Assembly: GCA_051294375.1 (NCBI GenBank)
Contig: CM119269.1
Location: forward strand, 4,497,098 to 4,561,097
Length of the DNA stretch: 64,000 nucleotides
Source of the DNA: Paraspadella gotoi
Lineage: Eukaryota; Animalia; Chaetognatha
Direction: 5' to 3'
Under the pieces are notes generated by a model, which saw nothing but the letters and a program-made list of their open reading frames with translations, was not told the origin of the DNA and did no database searches. The position numbers and the translations under genes were made by a program. Below are positions 1 through 13,040 of this stretch, one piece after another (positions within the stretch are counted from its first letter, which is position 1; each line of letters starts with the position of its first letter).

Positions 1-232
1 GCCGGCTCTCGTTATTTCGAAAAAGTACCAAACGATTAAAGTTTTTATGAGTGGCATAAACCTTATACGGTTTGGTTTTGTATTTTTATTAAATAAGATA
101 TATGAACCACTTTTAATAGTTTTAATACCGTAACGTGCAAATATATTGAACATGTATTCACTAAAGTCTAATGCTCTAAGCGTTCATCAAAATTGGCGAA
201 TTGGCAAATTAGCCCGTCTCAATTTCACAAAA

Positions 233-2491
233 TCATTTCTTGTCGAGATCTAGTCTGCTTAGCATTTCGTAGACGCCAACAAGAGCCTTGTCAACGATGC
301 CCACGCCGATCTGCGCCACCTAGGATGATGAAATAAATTTTTAATAAAATTAAACCTTAAAAATAAAATTTAATCGACAATCATTCTATTTCTAGTTTCC
401 AGTTTGTACTGATAACTTTTTCACGTTTTGAAACCTGAAATTCTTTGTTCCTCTGATCAACGTCCTTTTTCCCAACGATTTCCGCGGTTTTGAATTCGGT
501 GAGGGAGTCAAGGATGGTGTCGGCCGTGTTGAAGGTAGTGTCTGACGTTTTTTTCAGGACGAAATTTGCTGTCTAAGAAATAACAGTTAAAAACATTTAA
601 TTTTATCATAATTTTTTTATATGTAAATCCAAAAATATGTCAGCCATTCTTCACGACCAGTATTTTTGACCGATAAAATTAAATGAGATGTTACACATAC
701 TTTTTCTACTAATCATTTTTAGCTCATGTTATTTTTTATTCCTCTAATAATTTTATTTCTAATTATTATAATTTTTTTTAAAATCATCTTGGAATCTGCT
801 TGGACCTTGACAACTCCTGCAGCTAGACAATTTGGGTCATCCCTACAATCTGGTTTCGGAGTCTCGGTAGTCGCCTCCGCCTCCGATTTTGCCTTGGCGT
901 TCAGATCGTATGTACGGATGTTCCCAGCAGCAGGCTCGGAGGCCTGGTCCTCCAAAGGGCGAAAAAGGAAAGTTATTCGTTAATAGAATTAATATGTGTT
1001 CGGCTTTTTATATACATACAAGAATCAATGGTATTCAAGAGAAATTGACGCAGTCACTGGAAAATTAGGAGTTTTAAAATCTTTGCTAGTTGCTTGGTAA
1101 AAATTAGAAGCTGTTCGACCCAGAAATTTAATTTAGATTTTGACCATTAGGTAGTACCCATAGCTATTGGATAAATATAGCTAAAAGAGACAGTCATTAG
1201 CCTTCAATAAAAATTCTTTATCTTCCCCTTAGGTTTAAGTAGACCTACATCTTGTTTGCTCGTCGCTGAAGTTGACGTTGGGGGCGTGGTAGTCGTGGAA
1301 ATTGGCGGTGTCGTGGAGAGGGTTGTGATCGTTGTCGTAGGTCGAGTCGTGGGCGCATTAGTTGCGATTGCCTTAGGTGTTGTTGTAATTCTGTAGTAAC
1401 GATTGAACGGAGTCGGCAGTGCGGTGACTTGGACGAGGAAGCAAACCGCTGTTAAACGACAATCTTACAGAAATCACTGGCAATCACAAAAAGGCTTCGG
1501 CATTAGCACTTCCATAAACAGCCTATTTTGTAACTAGCTGTGGTATCGTAGTTAGTTACTATTACTACCCGACTGTTTCCTAGACGCCCCACAAAAGAAA
1601 ATAGAAATAACCCATTTTTAAAACACACACAAAAAAGAAAAATATGTTGCTTTTAATAAATCGTAGTGAAGTCAAAAATTTATGATCCAATTAAGTTTTC
1701 TTAATTTAATATTATGTTTTGTTATAATATAAAATAAGGAGAAATTTCAACGACTTTGTCATTCTCTGTTAAATTTAACTTTCTTCATGTCAATCATAAT
1801 CTATTCAAAAAGAAGAAACCCCTCTCAGTAGCCTACGATTATTAATGAAAATAACTCAATTTATTTAAAAAATAGTTACAATTTGGTAAATACTATCATA
1901 AAGACTTAATCATTTTTAATTCAATAAACAACTTTCTTTTGACTCCATTCTCCATTAACAAAAACAAAAGTAAAAAAACTATTCATTTGAGTCAATTTTC
2001 GATCAATTTCGTCATAAAAGGTTTCAAGTGATATAAAAATATGCCAATAATATAATAAATATCATATTCAAAGATATTTTAATCAAACATGACTTGTGTT
2101 CCCTTTCTTTCTCAAATTCAGCATCGCTTTTGGCGAATGCCTCATCTTTGAACCCAATGGTCGCGTGTTCTAGCCCTGGTCAAACGGTCCTTGACAAAGA
2201 GTGACGGGCCGTTTAAACCACCGGATCCGGAGTTACAGAAAACAAGACGAGAAAAGTTTCCTCGTCCCACTGAGCACACTTAGTGTAGGACCGGTGAGGC
2301 ATGGCAACCATATCTCCTCTCGGTTACTCGGTATCCTGTCATTTTGATAATTCAAATACAACCACTTTTCCTGAAATCGAATGGTCCCGATTCCAGAAAC
2401 ATACATTATTTAAATGAAATCTCTAATAGCATACTGTAAAATAAAATTTGATTTACTTACCAACAACAGCGGAAAAATTTATAAAAAACAT
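233..2491 (-). CDS. Secreted Thr/Pro-rich (mucin-like) protein of unknown function, 5 exons (approx. 2491-2461, 1448-1249, 949-806, 572-435, 319-233)
   Basis: Manual splicing gives signal peptide MFFINFSAVVAVCFLVQVTA, a Thr-rich tract (ITTTPKAIATNAPTTRPTTTITTLSTT), PDCRDDPNCLAAGVVK and an end VYEMLSRLDLDKK*. GT-AG introns have consistent phases. No family recognised. Confidence 0.7.
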
Positions 2492-3133
2492 TTTAAAGTT
2501 AAATTAAAAATTGTTCTCTTTAATCGTGTACAAAAATGTTTTGATTCAATATGTTAACGCAACAAATTCCTTAAACTCAACCTTTCAAACAAAATATTTG
2601 AAAAAAATATTTTGTATAAACAAGAACGAAGTTCGTTTTACACACAGCGCTGGTAGAAAAAACTAAACTTTCTTAAAGCCATAGGATATTGTCAGAACTT
2701 AAAAATGTAAAAACACGTTCTGTTTTAGCATCTAACAAAGTAATCTAAAATCATTTCTAGGCCAAGCCCAAGGATCAAGGTCTACATTTATTCCGTTCTT
2801 CAATTTTCAATCATTTAAATTCTAAGAACACCCTAGTTCTATTTGTCCTTCACTCCTTGTTTCTCCCCCATTCTCAGAAAATCAGTAATAACAAGAACTC
2901 TGTGTTGCGACGCAGTAACTATATTTTCACATAAGACATAACATTACATGAATAAAAAACTTTCTTCGCCTTTGTATTTATCATAAATTTTATAGCATGC
3001 ACTGCTTCGAAATTCCGTATTTTATTCCTTATACTTTATAGTTTAGGATTTCCTGAAGGCGGGGCTCGCAGTCTCTTAGATTTGAGGTTTTTCCTATTAT
3101 ATAACAAATGAGCAGCAAACTATAGCTATAATG

Positions 3134-3370
3134 AAATTGGTACAACCAATATAAAAATTATCCATTCATTTAATAAATAAGCTATCTTGCCCCTGACTTT
3201 GGACAGGCTTTGGTGGTTTAAGGCCTCCATCACTCTTACAAGATAATGACATAGCAGGTCCCTGCAAGTTTTCAATCAAGACTCTCTCACAGTCTTGTTT
3301 ATTCACTCCCAGAGTACCTGGCTTCCCTATCAATGAAGTGGAAAATATTTCAAAGAATGTTTCAATTGTA
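3134..3370 (+). repeat. Dispersed repeat family A (core ttggtacaaccaatataaaaattatccattca); other copies about 11205-11420, 23433-23467 (-), 53660-53705, 54848-54910
   Basis: A near-identical 40-50 bp core is seen five times; the 3134 and 11205 copies align over about 230 bp. Confidence 0.8.
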
Positions 3371-3815
3371 TGAAGCGAATTATATATATATATATAATAT
3401 ACACGTTAGTGGGACAGACGGACCGACAGACAAGCGAGTTGTTCCGCGAGTACTCGCGGCGTAACTAAAAATAACAGCAAAGCGAAGTTACAGGCCCATG
3501 GTAAATTGGAGATCCATAATTGCTTCCACTGATTAAATTCGCAAAATAAACAACAAAATGGGGTACTTGTTACGTCCCGTTTCAACGAAACGTACGAACA
3601 ATTTAATTACGTCATTATGATTATCATTATGTGAGCGTGATGAGAATTACACAATAGATTAAGACTGTATGGGAGAATCTAATGGTTATAAATGCACATT
3701 TCATGCGCGTACAAATAAAATAAAATCCAATGACTAGCGCCTACGAGAAAATACGGCTTGTTGGCCTCTAAAAATCGCTCGAAAGAGTCAGTTGTTAATT
3801 GGAAAAAAAAGCGAT

Positions 3816-5725
3816 TCATGTGGAGACCGCTCTTTGCAGGGGATTTTGCTTGAGTTGCAGCAGAATGGAGCGCATCCTGGAGACGTCCTTGGTGTTCTTA
3901 TTGTTCTTGGGATTAAAGTCGCAAAGCCGCGAGATGCGCTCCCACTCGTTGCCTGGCGTCGTTTCGTCGCGTTCTTTGACGAACTCGGCCTCGGCGACAC
4001 TGGGGAGGACAAGCGTTAAAAGGAATTTTAAGAACGGGGAATAAGAAAAGCCGAAAATCTTTTAGCGGCGAATCAATTCACACCGGTTGTTTTTCTTGTG
4101 CTTCTCCACTTGTTCAGCTTGTCTGGCGTACCATTCTTCTAACTCTCTCTTTGCCGTCGCGCGCCATTCCTCCATTTTTACCTCCTCATTTTTGTCTACA
4201 AAAAAAAAAAAAAAAATAGTTACGTTATTACAGTAACTTTTGGTTATTTTTTGTTCCTATGAAAGTAGTTTCGAACCTTTCTCAGCGATCTTCTTTTGTT
4301 GTTCTTCCCGCCAAATCAGAATCTTTTGAGGCGGCGTGGTGCTTTCAGATTCGTCTGTCCCGTTGACCTGATTCGGGAAATTGATATTAAGACTAGGAGG
4401 ATAAGCCTAATACTAATAGCAATCATTTTAATCATTATTTTAGCAATAATATTAAAAAATCGGCAGGCAGTCATGCAAATAAATTAATAATCTCTAATAA
4501 GTTAAACTTCTAGGCATGTTGCGCATCGAAAGAGGACTTTTATTTATGATGGTGGTACATTTCACTTCAATTATATTAGGGAGCATTAAGATTAAACCGC
4601 TCTTATTCATAATCCTCAACTCATAAGACTAAAATGGCATTAACGGTTTAAGATTTCTTTTCGTTTCTGACGAGAAACTATGTATAAAAATTGATATTTT
4701 ATTGATTTGATATTTTGGATTATATGCGAAAAATAATAAAAAAACCCTGGTGAAAATACAAACTTTTTTCAAAAAACCACCCCTAACCTCCCCAACTACT
4801 TTTAACGTTCACCACCCCAAACCCTAACCTTAACCACCTTTAACCTTAACTAACCGTAAACACACTTAACCCTAACCCCTGATCACCACTCCCAACCCTT
4901 ACCCACTTCTAAACCCCAACTAACCCTATCCACCTATACTCCTTAATCTAAAAAAGCTTATGAGAAATACGAGTAGAAAAATAACCAACTGGGTTCCAGT
5001 CGACAAAATTTAAATAGTGCCTCTAAAATGCAATTTAAATTTAATGCTCCAAATTTAAATACAAAATCATCTTGACATGCCATCTTGATATCATCTCTAC
5101 CTCTGTCCGAGTAAGACCATCTAAAGAATAGTCCACTGCAGAAGACATGTCTGTTTCACCAAACAGATCATTTTCAATAGGTTTTTCATTGCTACTAGCC
5201 TCCGATCCAGCAAAGAAGTCCAATCCATCTTGGGAAATAGCAGAATAATCCTTTATGGAATATAAAATACGGTAACATGCACGTTCAAAACACAAGACCC
5301 ACAAAATTAAAATGAAATTGAAAACCAAACAAAAAGCACCAAGAATCACGATCGAATTAAAACCTGAACAACTTGGTACAGATCGTTTATCTTTTCGTGC
5401 AAATTAATATACTGCAAAAAAAATTATGTTGGGTTTTAAGAAAAAAACTTAAGCTAAATAACTAATATAAATCCACATGCGTAGAGAGACAAATGAAATT
5501 GTCACCTGACTGGGATCGGAGGTCGCCGTCGTGTCTGTAAAGTGAAACGAAATGATTTGAGGCAAAATGATCAATCGAGGTTCTCTCGGACAAAGACCCA
5601 ACCCTCTGACCTGGAATCGGACCGCCGAACCCGTCGTCCTCCAACCCAGCCAACTCTTGCTGCTCTCTCGCCAAAAAGTCCGCGGCAGGATCATCTTCGA
5701 GTCCGGTCGTGAAAGGGTCAGCCAT
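3816..5725 (-). CDS. Clc: Clathrin light chain, about 6 exons
   Basis: N-terminal DPAADFLAREQQELAGLEDD, central WREEQ and AKRELEEWY, C-terminal EWERISRLCDFNPK...DVSRMRSILLQLKQ. These are hallmark clathrin light chain motifs, and the exons are colinear. Confidence 0.92.
4776..4950 (+). repeat. Degenerate (CCCTAA/CCTTAA)-like simple repeat in a clathrin light chain intron
   Basis: aaccctaaccttaacc... tract; a similar G-strand tract occurs at about 17535-17620. Confidence 0.55.
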
Positions 5726-6129
5726 TTCGGTTCAAATCAATAGGAATCTATGTTAACGAATCATTATTAGAACTCATGTAACGAGAAAGAGATCACAATC
5801 GGGTCGAATAATTGTTTACGATTGAGCAATACACTATAATTTAAAAAGGGAAACGGAATTTTTGTAAAGTAAAAGAGAAAAACAGCACGAATAAAAAATA
5901 TTCCAGTGATTGGCAGAGGTTAAAGAAAGGTGTTATAGAAGGAATAAAAGCCAAAAAGATAAGGCAAAGGAATAATTCTTATACTATAGTTATAGAGGGC
6001 GTCTCGTTGGAGGTTGGCAGAGGAGGGGCGTTGTTGCACAGTTGTTGGCAATCACCAGTCAAAGGACGCGAGGCCATGCCGCCGCAGCAGCAGTCACAGC
6101 CGTCAAAGAGAGAGAGAGAGAGAGAGAGA

Positions 6130-7270
6130 GATAAATTATATACAGCTTATCATCATCGATGTCCTTAAAATAAAGTAAATGTGACTTATATTTTTTCCAT
6201 TTAAACTCATTTCCACTGGCACAATTCCGTCAAAACTTTATATCAAGCTTCTTCACAAACTTTCCTTCCCGCTCACAAAATTTCATCTCAATCTATTATG
6301 GGTTAAAATAAGTAAAAAGAGTCAAGTAAATGTGACTCATATTTTTTTCATTTAAACTCATTTCCACTCGTACCGAAACTTTATATTAAGCTTCGTCACA
6401 CATTTTCCTACCCACACACAAAATTTGAACTCAATCTATCCATCCAATTATGATTAATTAGAGTATTTATTGGCTAAAATAGTAAAAAGATTTTAGTAAA
6501 TGCGACTTATGTTTTTTCCATTTAAACTCATATCCACTCACACGATTCCGTCTAAACTTTATATCCAGCTTCATCACACATGTTCCTACCCATACACAAA
6601 ATTTCATTCCGATCCAACCAGCCAATCACGAGTTATTGGGACTTTTTGCTAAGGTGGGACGGATGGACGGATTGATTGACTGATTAATTAATTAGTGATT
6701 AATTAATTGACTAATTGATTAATTAACTGATTAATTATTTGCTTTATTAATACATCCTGCATATACATTTAATATAAAAGGGAAAAAAATCATAATCAAT
6801 TAGTGAAACAGGTTTTTTGTTTTTTTCCATTTAAACTCATTTCCACTCAACCATTCCATCAAAACATGGTTTCCTGTTCAATCACACACTTTCCTACTCA
6901 CATACAAAATTCCAGGTCAATCGCCCCATCCACTCATGAGCAATTGGTGTTGAAATAGTGAATTATATTTTTTGTTTTTTTCCATTTAAACTCATTTCCA
7001 CTCGGACGATTCCATCGAAACTTTATACAGCTCAATCACACACTTCCCTACCGACACACAAAATTTCATTCAAATCCATCCATCCAATCACGAGTATTGG
7101 TGTTTTTTGCTAAGGTGGGACGGACAGACGGACGACGACGGACGGACATCAATTTTTTTGCATAATTTATTATAATTCGATGTTCTGACATGATATAAGT
7201 TAGTGCCCGACAATATTGAGGGGGCGGACCGACAGAGCGACAAAGTGAATTATAGAGCGATTCCGAAAAT
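6130..7270. mobile_element. Non-autonomous Helitron/Helentron (HINE/DINE-1)-like element with five internal tandem subrepeats; relatives at about 9170-9800, 12420-12520, 37975-38100, 46430-46480, 61395-61480
   Basis: tttttccatttaaactcatttccact recurs at about 6190, 6345, 6512, 6822, 6977 and 9568, with (GACG/GACA)n microsatellites and a shared end gggggcggaccgac...caaagtgaattata. The class is inferred from the tandem-plus-microsatellite architecture. Confidence 0.6.
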
Positions 7271-7633
7271 GTATTCACTTAAAACATTTGATGCATTCTA
7301 CGCCCTTTTATATCAGTTTTAATTAAAATATAAAATAAAAAAAACCTATCTGAAGAGTTGCAGGTCAAACGAAAAGGTCAATCCATCTGATATTTTTTAT
7401 GAATTTTTTATTAGTGAATTATAAAAATGTAATAGAGAAACATTTTTAAATTTCTACTTGTATCCTTGAAAGTGAAACGTTTTTAAACTTTAACCCTGAA
7501 TTCTTCCTAACTGTAACGAGTTTATCAAAATGTCTCTCTATTACATTTTTAAAAATGTTTTTAAGATTGCTAATCAAATTTTTAAATCAATATTATTGCA
7601 GTCGCTAAGCCTTTAGGCACATGCAACTTTCAC

Positions 7634-9065
7634 CTGAAACAGAAACATAGATGCTGCTCTTTGCGCCCCGTAGAGGCAGCTCAGCGTTGCCGACATGCCC
7701 AATGGTGACATCTGTGGCACTAACTTAACGACAGGAATCAGCGCTGCAAAAAGCGCCGAAGCCACTGCGCCGACGATGGAGGCGTCGCGATTGCCGATCT
7801 TGGCATTCGTCCAGGGACAGACCAAGAGAGCGACGGGGATGACGGCGAGGCAAGGCACACTTGCGACAAAGCCGAGAGCAAAAGATGACAGACCGGCGCC
7901 ACCATGCGACGCCATTAACCCGCCCCACATCGTCAACGCCTCCTTGGTACTTTTGGCCGTCAATTTAAAAGTGACCATAGCGAAGACGATGACAACGAGC
8001 GGGAAAGATATTTTTGAAACTTTATTGGCCTCTTGTTTGTTGGGATCAATTGGTAGCAGGGTTTCTCCATATCCTTCTAAAATTTCGTTAGTGAGTTTTA
8101 AAGGGTAAGGGTCTATTACGTCTCGTTGGTTTGCTTCAATCTTACTTCCTTTGTCTTTAGCGCTCTCCTTTGGTAGCGTCCTTGTCTTGTCTTTTTCTTC
8201 GTCTTCAATGCTTGTTATGAGAGGTTGTACTTCGTTAACGTCGCGCCCTACAATGGATGTCGTTTCAAGGAAAGCTTGGAGAAAGACACAAGCACATATG
8301 CAGAGGAAGACAGTTGGGGTAGCACATAAGAGGAAAGGAAGATTGACAGGTGGATGCCTCAATAGTGGAACATCTGTGAAAGAGAAAGTGGAATTGGGCC
8401 TGAAATTTGGTTTAGTATTAATAGCACTATCAGCGTCATCTTGGTACCATCATCATCTCGTCCAATAATCAAAGTACATTGTACACGTAAAAGTCCATAC
8501 GTCCTGGAAACTGACCAATGAGGCTCGCGGCTGTCAACGGTCCCAGTACAAAGCCCAGCTGAATGGCGATAATCAAAAGGCCCATGTTGAGGTCCCGACT
8601 CTTAGTGTCAGAGAGATCGGCGACGGTAGCAAAGAGGACTCCGCGGGCGTCAACGGCGCCCATTGCTAGACGCCACACCACAGCAGCCTTGAAAGAACCG
8701 GCGGCGCCAAAGCCAATGTTGGTCACCGCCATTAAAAAAAGCGAAGCTATAAGGATTGGACGACGACCCCAGCGATCAGAGAGGTGACCCCAGAGGATGT
8801 TGAGCAAGGCGCCAAGGTAGTACACGCCTGGTAAGCAAAGGGATTATTGAAAATTTGAATAATTTAGAATAAAATACGTGAACAACTTGATGAAAAACTG
8901 ACCTATCATAAGACCACTGCTATATCCAATATTTCTCTCTTTTGTTCCAAAATGGCGGACGACGTCAGGGGCATAGCCAAAGATAGAAGAGTAGCTGACA
9001 CTCAAGGCGATCATGGCGACACAAACAGCCAAAAGGCTCGTCCAGTGGTGCTTTGAATTAATCAT
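7634..9065 (-). CDS. MFS transporter (ZIFL/tetracycline-transporter-like), exons 1-3 (N-terminal part)
   Basis: MFS motif A WGHLSDRWGRRPIL and multiple TM helices. It ends at an unpaired donor (…AASMFLFQ|gtgaaag at 7634/7633); the matching last exon is at 14037-13744. Confidence 0.85.
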
Positions 9066-10836
9066 TCTTGATGCATTACTATAAAAATAAGAATATTTTC
9101 TTCGCCTGATTTGCTTAGATAAATTATCTCAGAACATTTAATTAAGATAAATAATGCAAAGAAATCGATTTCCTTCCGTCCGTCTCTCTGTCTGTTTGTC
9201 CCTCCGTGCGTCCCCTGTAAGATTTGAACGCCAATTACTCATGAGTAGATCATAAGATTGATTTGAAATTTTGTGTGTGGGTTGTAAAGTGGGTGATTTA
9301 GCTAGAAATCAAGTTAAAATTAGGCATGAGAAAATGAGTTTAAATTGAAACAAGTTTGAGCAAACTATGCCGGATCTGCCCACGATTATTAGCGGTAAGC
9401 AGCTGATCAGATAATTAACTAATTAATTAAATTAATATTAATTTTTTTATTCGTGTCGCCTCTTAATCTTAATAATTAATAACTTATTTATTAATAATTA
9501 ATTAATGCATCTTGAATTTACATTTAACATAAAAAAGCATAATCAAATAGTGAAATAGATTGTTTGTTTTTTCCATTTTAACTCATTTCCACTTGGACGA
9601 TTCCATCAAAACTTTATTTCCTGCTCAATCACGAGTAATTGGTGTTTTTTGTTAAGGTGGGACGGACGAACAGACAGACAGAAACAGACAGACGGATGGA
9701 CGGACATAATTTATTTGCATAATTTATCATAATTTGATGTTCTGACAAGATTGGGGGGGCGGACCGACGGACCGACAAAGTGAATTATACTTTATAGAGC
9801 CGGAATCTGCTGTAAGCATATCCGGCTAAAAACAAAAGTCACGTTCCACCGTTTAATTTTATTTTTTTAAATAAAATGTAAATGTACACTGAAGCAACAA
9901 TTATAAGTATATAACAAGTAATGACCGCTACAGAAAATAAAAAGAAAAAAGAAAACAAATAAATAAAGAAAACAAGAAATGACTTTTAAGTGAAATGACA
10001 AAAAAAAACCAAAAAGATAGCATTAGAACTCAACAACTCACTAATGTGAATGAGAAGAATGTTTTTTCTTGACAAAATGTAGAGTCGTACCGTAGTTAAA
10101 ACGGCCAAAGTCGATAGTATCAAACAGAATTAGTCGGCGGACATGAAACCGGTTTTCTACTCCTGCGCGCGAATTAGTAGAAATTTATTTTTACTAAAGG
10201 AACCTGATTAACCTGTTATATTTTTACCTTACTTCATTTAGCATGGTGTTACAGCCTGATCCGAAGCTCAAGGACTGCTTATAATGAACGGTTCTGTCAT
10301 TAACACTTATCAATAATTACTGTCTCTTCAGATTTAAATTTAAATTTAGATTTAAATGAATCAAATTTTTTCACATTTAACTTTGCAGTGGAGTACTTCA
10401 ATTTAAAAAAATCACTGCTCCCACAGCCTGGTTTTTATTAAATTTATGCCCAACTTTTCATCTTTTAATAAATTTTAACTTTTTCATAATTTTAGAATTT
10501 TAGAAAATCTAGGTATAAAGGACTTTTAAACTTTTAAAACTTTTTTTTGTTTTTTGCACGTGACTGTAACGCTCAAGCATGTCATTTACATATGGCCAGT
10601 TTTATATGGTTGATTTTTTTTAAAGCTTTATTCTTTACATAGACTTTCCTTATTACTGTTTCTGAGTAGGTATGTATATTGTATATGTATAACCTTGTCC
10701 TCCCCCGTTCAATTTATAAAACGTTTCATTGTTTTTCAGTCCGAATAAGACAAGACTAGTTTATCAGCGTAAGAAAATAATTTTTGAAAATCATATTTTC
10801 CTCTAATTTTTTTGTTACGTGTATGACCATTGACCA

Positions 10837-10918
10837 TTTAGTGAGAAAAAGAATTTCTTTAACAACAACGATTTTTTATTAATAGTTGTTGTTCAAGAAA
10901 TTCTTTTTCTCACTAAAT
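10837..10918. repeat. About 80 bp hairpin/palindromic mini-element
   Basis: atttagtgagaaaaagaatttctt ... aagaaattctttttctcactaaat inverted arms. Confidence 0.8.
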
Positions 10919-11657
10919 CTTAAAAACACAACGAAAGAAAGAAATGATACAATGTCTACCATTGACCAATAATTTAAGTTCTTAAAGACTTCTTCTTCTA
11001 GACTCAATTTAAGAAAGTCAAACCCTAAATTTTGATACAAAAATATTTTTATTTAGCGAAATTATTAAGCTTAGCTCATGTATAGATTTTTACGCGAGAA
11101 TCATAAAACAAGAATTTAGAATTCGCCATTCAGAGTTTCTATCCGTTTATCTTTACGCTACTATTAAGTCTCTACTAAAAATTAATTGATTTCAGGTCAA
11201 ATGATATTGGTACAAACTATATAAATTATCCATTCGTTAAATAAATAAGCTCTCTGTCTCCTAAGTGAGGACAGGCAATAGTGGGTTACAGGAAAAAACA
11301 TAGCAAGTTCTTAATCCATTCTCTGCCATGATCCTCAATTTCCAGTTCATTTACTCCCTTGGCACCTGACTTCCTTATTATATTAATGAAGTGAAAAAAA
11401 TATTTTCATGAACTGTTTCATAAAATGTCAATTAATTTCAATGTGAATGTCTCTTCCTCTTTTTATTTTAGGATTAACATAATGTACTACTGTAATTCAT
11501 AATTTCTAATTCTGACTTTACATTGTACATAAAAAACGCAGTGAAGTAAGTGCTGCCACTTTTTTTTTTTTTTTGCGAAAAAAATTTATCGTTTAACGAC
11601 AAAAAGTTGAAAACAATCCTAACTACAATTAGTACAATTACCCGTTGCTCTTCTGCG

Positions 11658-12207
11658 TCATTCAATAGCGACATCCGCACACCCGTAGAATTGCTCTTGG
11701 GGTCCGTGACCCATTCCGCACCCTTGACTGTCGCAGCCCCAATTTGATGCGCAGTTCCAGCGCCACTGGATCACGCACTGATCGCAGGTGAGACCGTCCG
11801 GAAGTTTAACGTGGAGATCGTATTTTCCAGTGCGCAGACTCCCACGAGGCATAGTCCATCGAGTAGAACCCCCTGACGCGTGGAAAAGAAGAAGAGTGAT
11901 TGAGAGATGGATCGAAAAAAGATAGTCAAAATAACCATTCTATTTCACGCATTTGTTCATTACTAATCAAGTTGCGAAAATATTTATTAATGATAAAAAA
12001 TGAAAAATTTAATTTCTTCCTTTGCAATGTGTCATTTAGTTGAATATAAAAAGCTGCTTCTTTTAATATTCACCTTCCCCAATTTCCATGGCTTGAAAGC
12101 AAGATTCCTCGGCTCTTGTATGCTTGTCCTTCACTGGGCAGATGCTGTACTCGAACCATCCGCCGTGATTAGCTGTGATTTCCACTGTTATCTTAACCGT
12201 TGATCCC
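11658..12207 (-). CDS. AA15-type lytic polysaccharide monooxygenase (chitin-binding type-4 domain), C-terminal two exons only (12207-12074, 11872-11658)
   Basis: GSTVKITVEITANHGGWFEYSIC and LPDGLTCDQCVIQWRWNCASNWG...GHGPQEQFYGCADVAI motifs. The signal peptide and His1 exons were not found in the window. Confidence 0.85.
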
Positions 12208-12596
12208 CTGCATTAAGATTTTTAGGGTCAAAAGCGAGGCTAAAAAGCTACTAAAATAAGAAAAGATGCAAAACATATTTTGTTTTATTTCTTTTCTCAA
12301 ATTTTATTTGTAAATCGTCATCTTCGAACCCCAAAAAGTTATTTTTATTCTCATCAATGTGTTGTGCAGTGTAGGTAATAATAGTCTGGGAAGTATACAT
12401 TTTTTTGCTCAATAATGTAAAAACAAGTTTGAGCAAACCATGTCGGATCTGCCTACGAAAATGAATTAATTAATTAATTAATCATTAATTAATTAATTAA
12501 TTTTAATATTTAATAATTAATTAGGCCAAAGTGAAGTACAGATTAAAAAAGCTGAGCTCTTGGCATCCCATCTCTTTAATATCCGCCCCCCTATAC

Positions 12597-13040
12597 CCGT
12601 CTCCGTCTCTGTCCATGACTTGAAATGCTTCTCGAATCTCCTCGTCGGAGTCTCCCTCCTCCATCCTCTTGACCATCATGATGACGAACTCGTCAAAGTC
12701 GACTTCTCCGTTTCCGTCGATGTCCACCTCGGCCACCATCTGATCCCGAACCAAACCCAACCATTTTTTTATTAATTTCACTTTCTTATGCTTTGGTTAA
12801 CGGCTCGTGATGATTTTTCATGAGCCTTTAAGTTTGAGACTTTATCATTTAAATTTAAATCCCCTCACGTTCTAAACCAAAATCTACCTGAATGAGTTCG
12901 TCGTCAGTAGGGTTAAGCCCCAACGCCCTCATGACCGTGCCCAACTCCTTCGTCCCGATGGTGCCGTCGCCTTTTTTATCGAAGACATTGAATGCCTCCC
13001 GAAATTCAGCGATCTGCTCAGGACTCAGTTTGTCCGCCAT
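12597..13040 (-). CDS. Calmodulin-like EF-hand protein, exons 1-2 (13040-12888, 12739-12597)
   Basis: [45 protein letters not shown]...[16 protein letters not shown]...[16 protein letters not shown]. It ends at a phase-2 donor GG|gtatag. Confidence 0.9.

Noticed and set aside
2250-2320. Hammerhead or HDV-like ribozyme
   Set aside because: There is no CUGANGA core, and the ttcctcgt segment lacks the P3 pairing needed for an HDV fold.
4776-4950. Telomere or chromosome-breakage site
   Set aside because: The tract is highly degenerate and sits inside an intron of an intact, colinear clathrin light chain gene.
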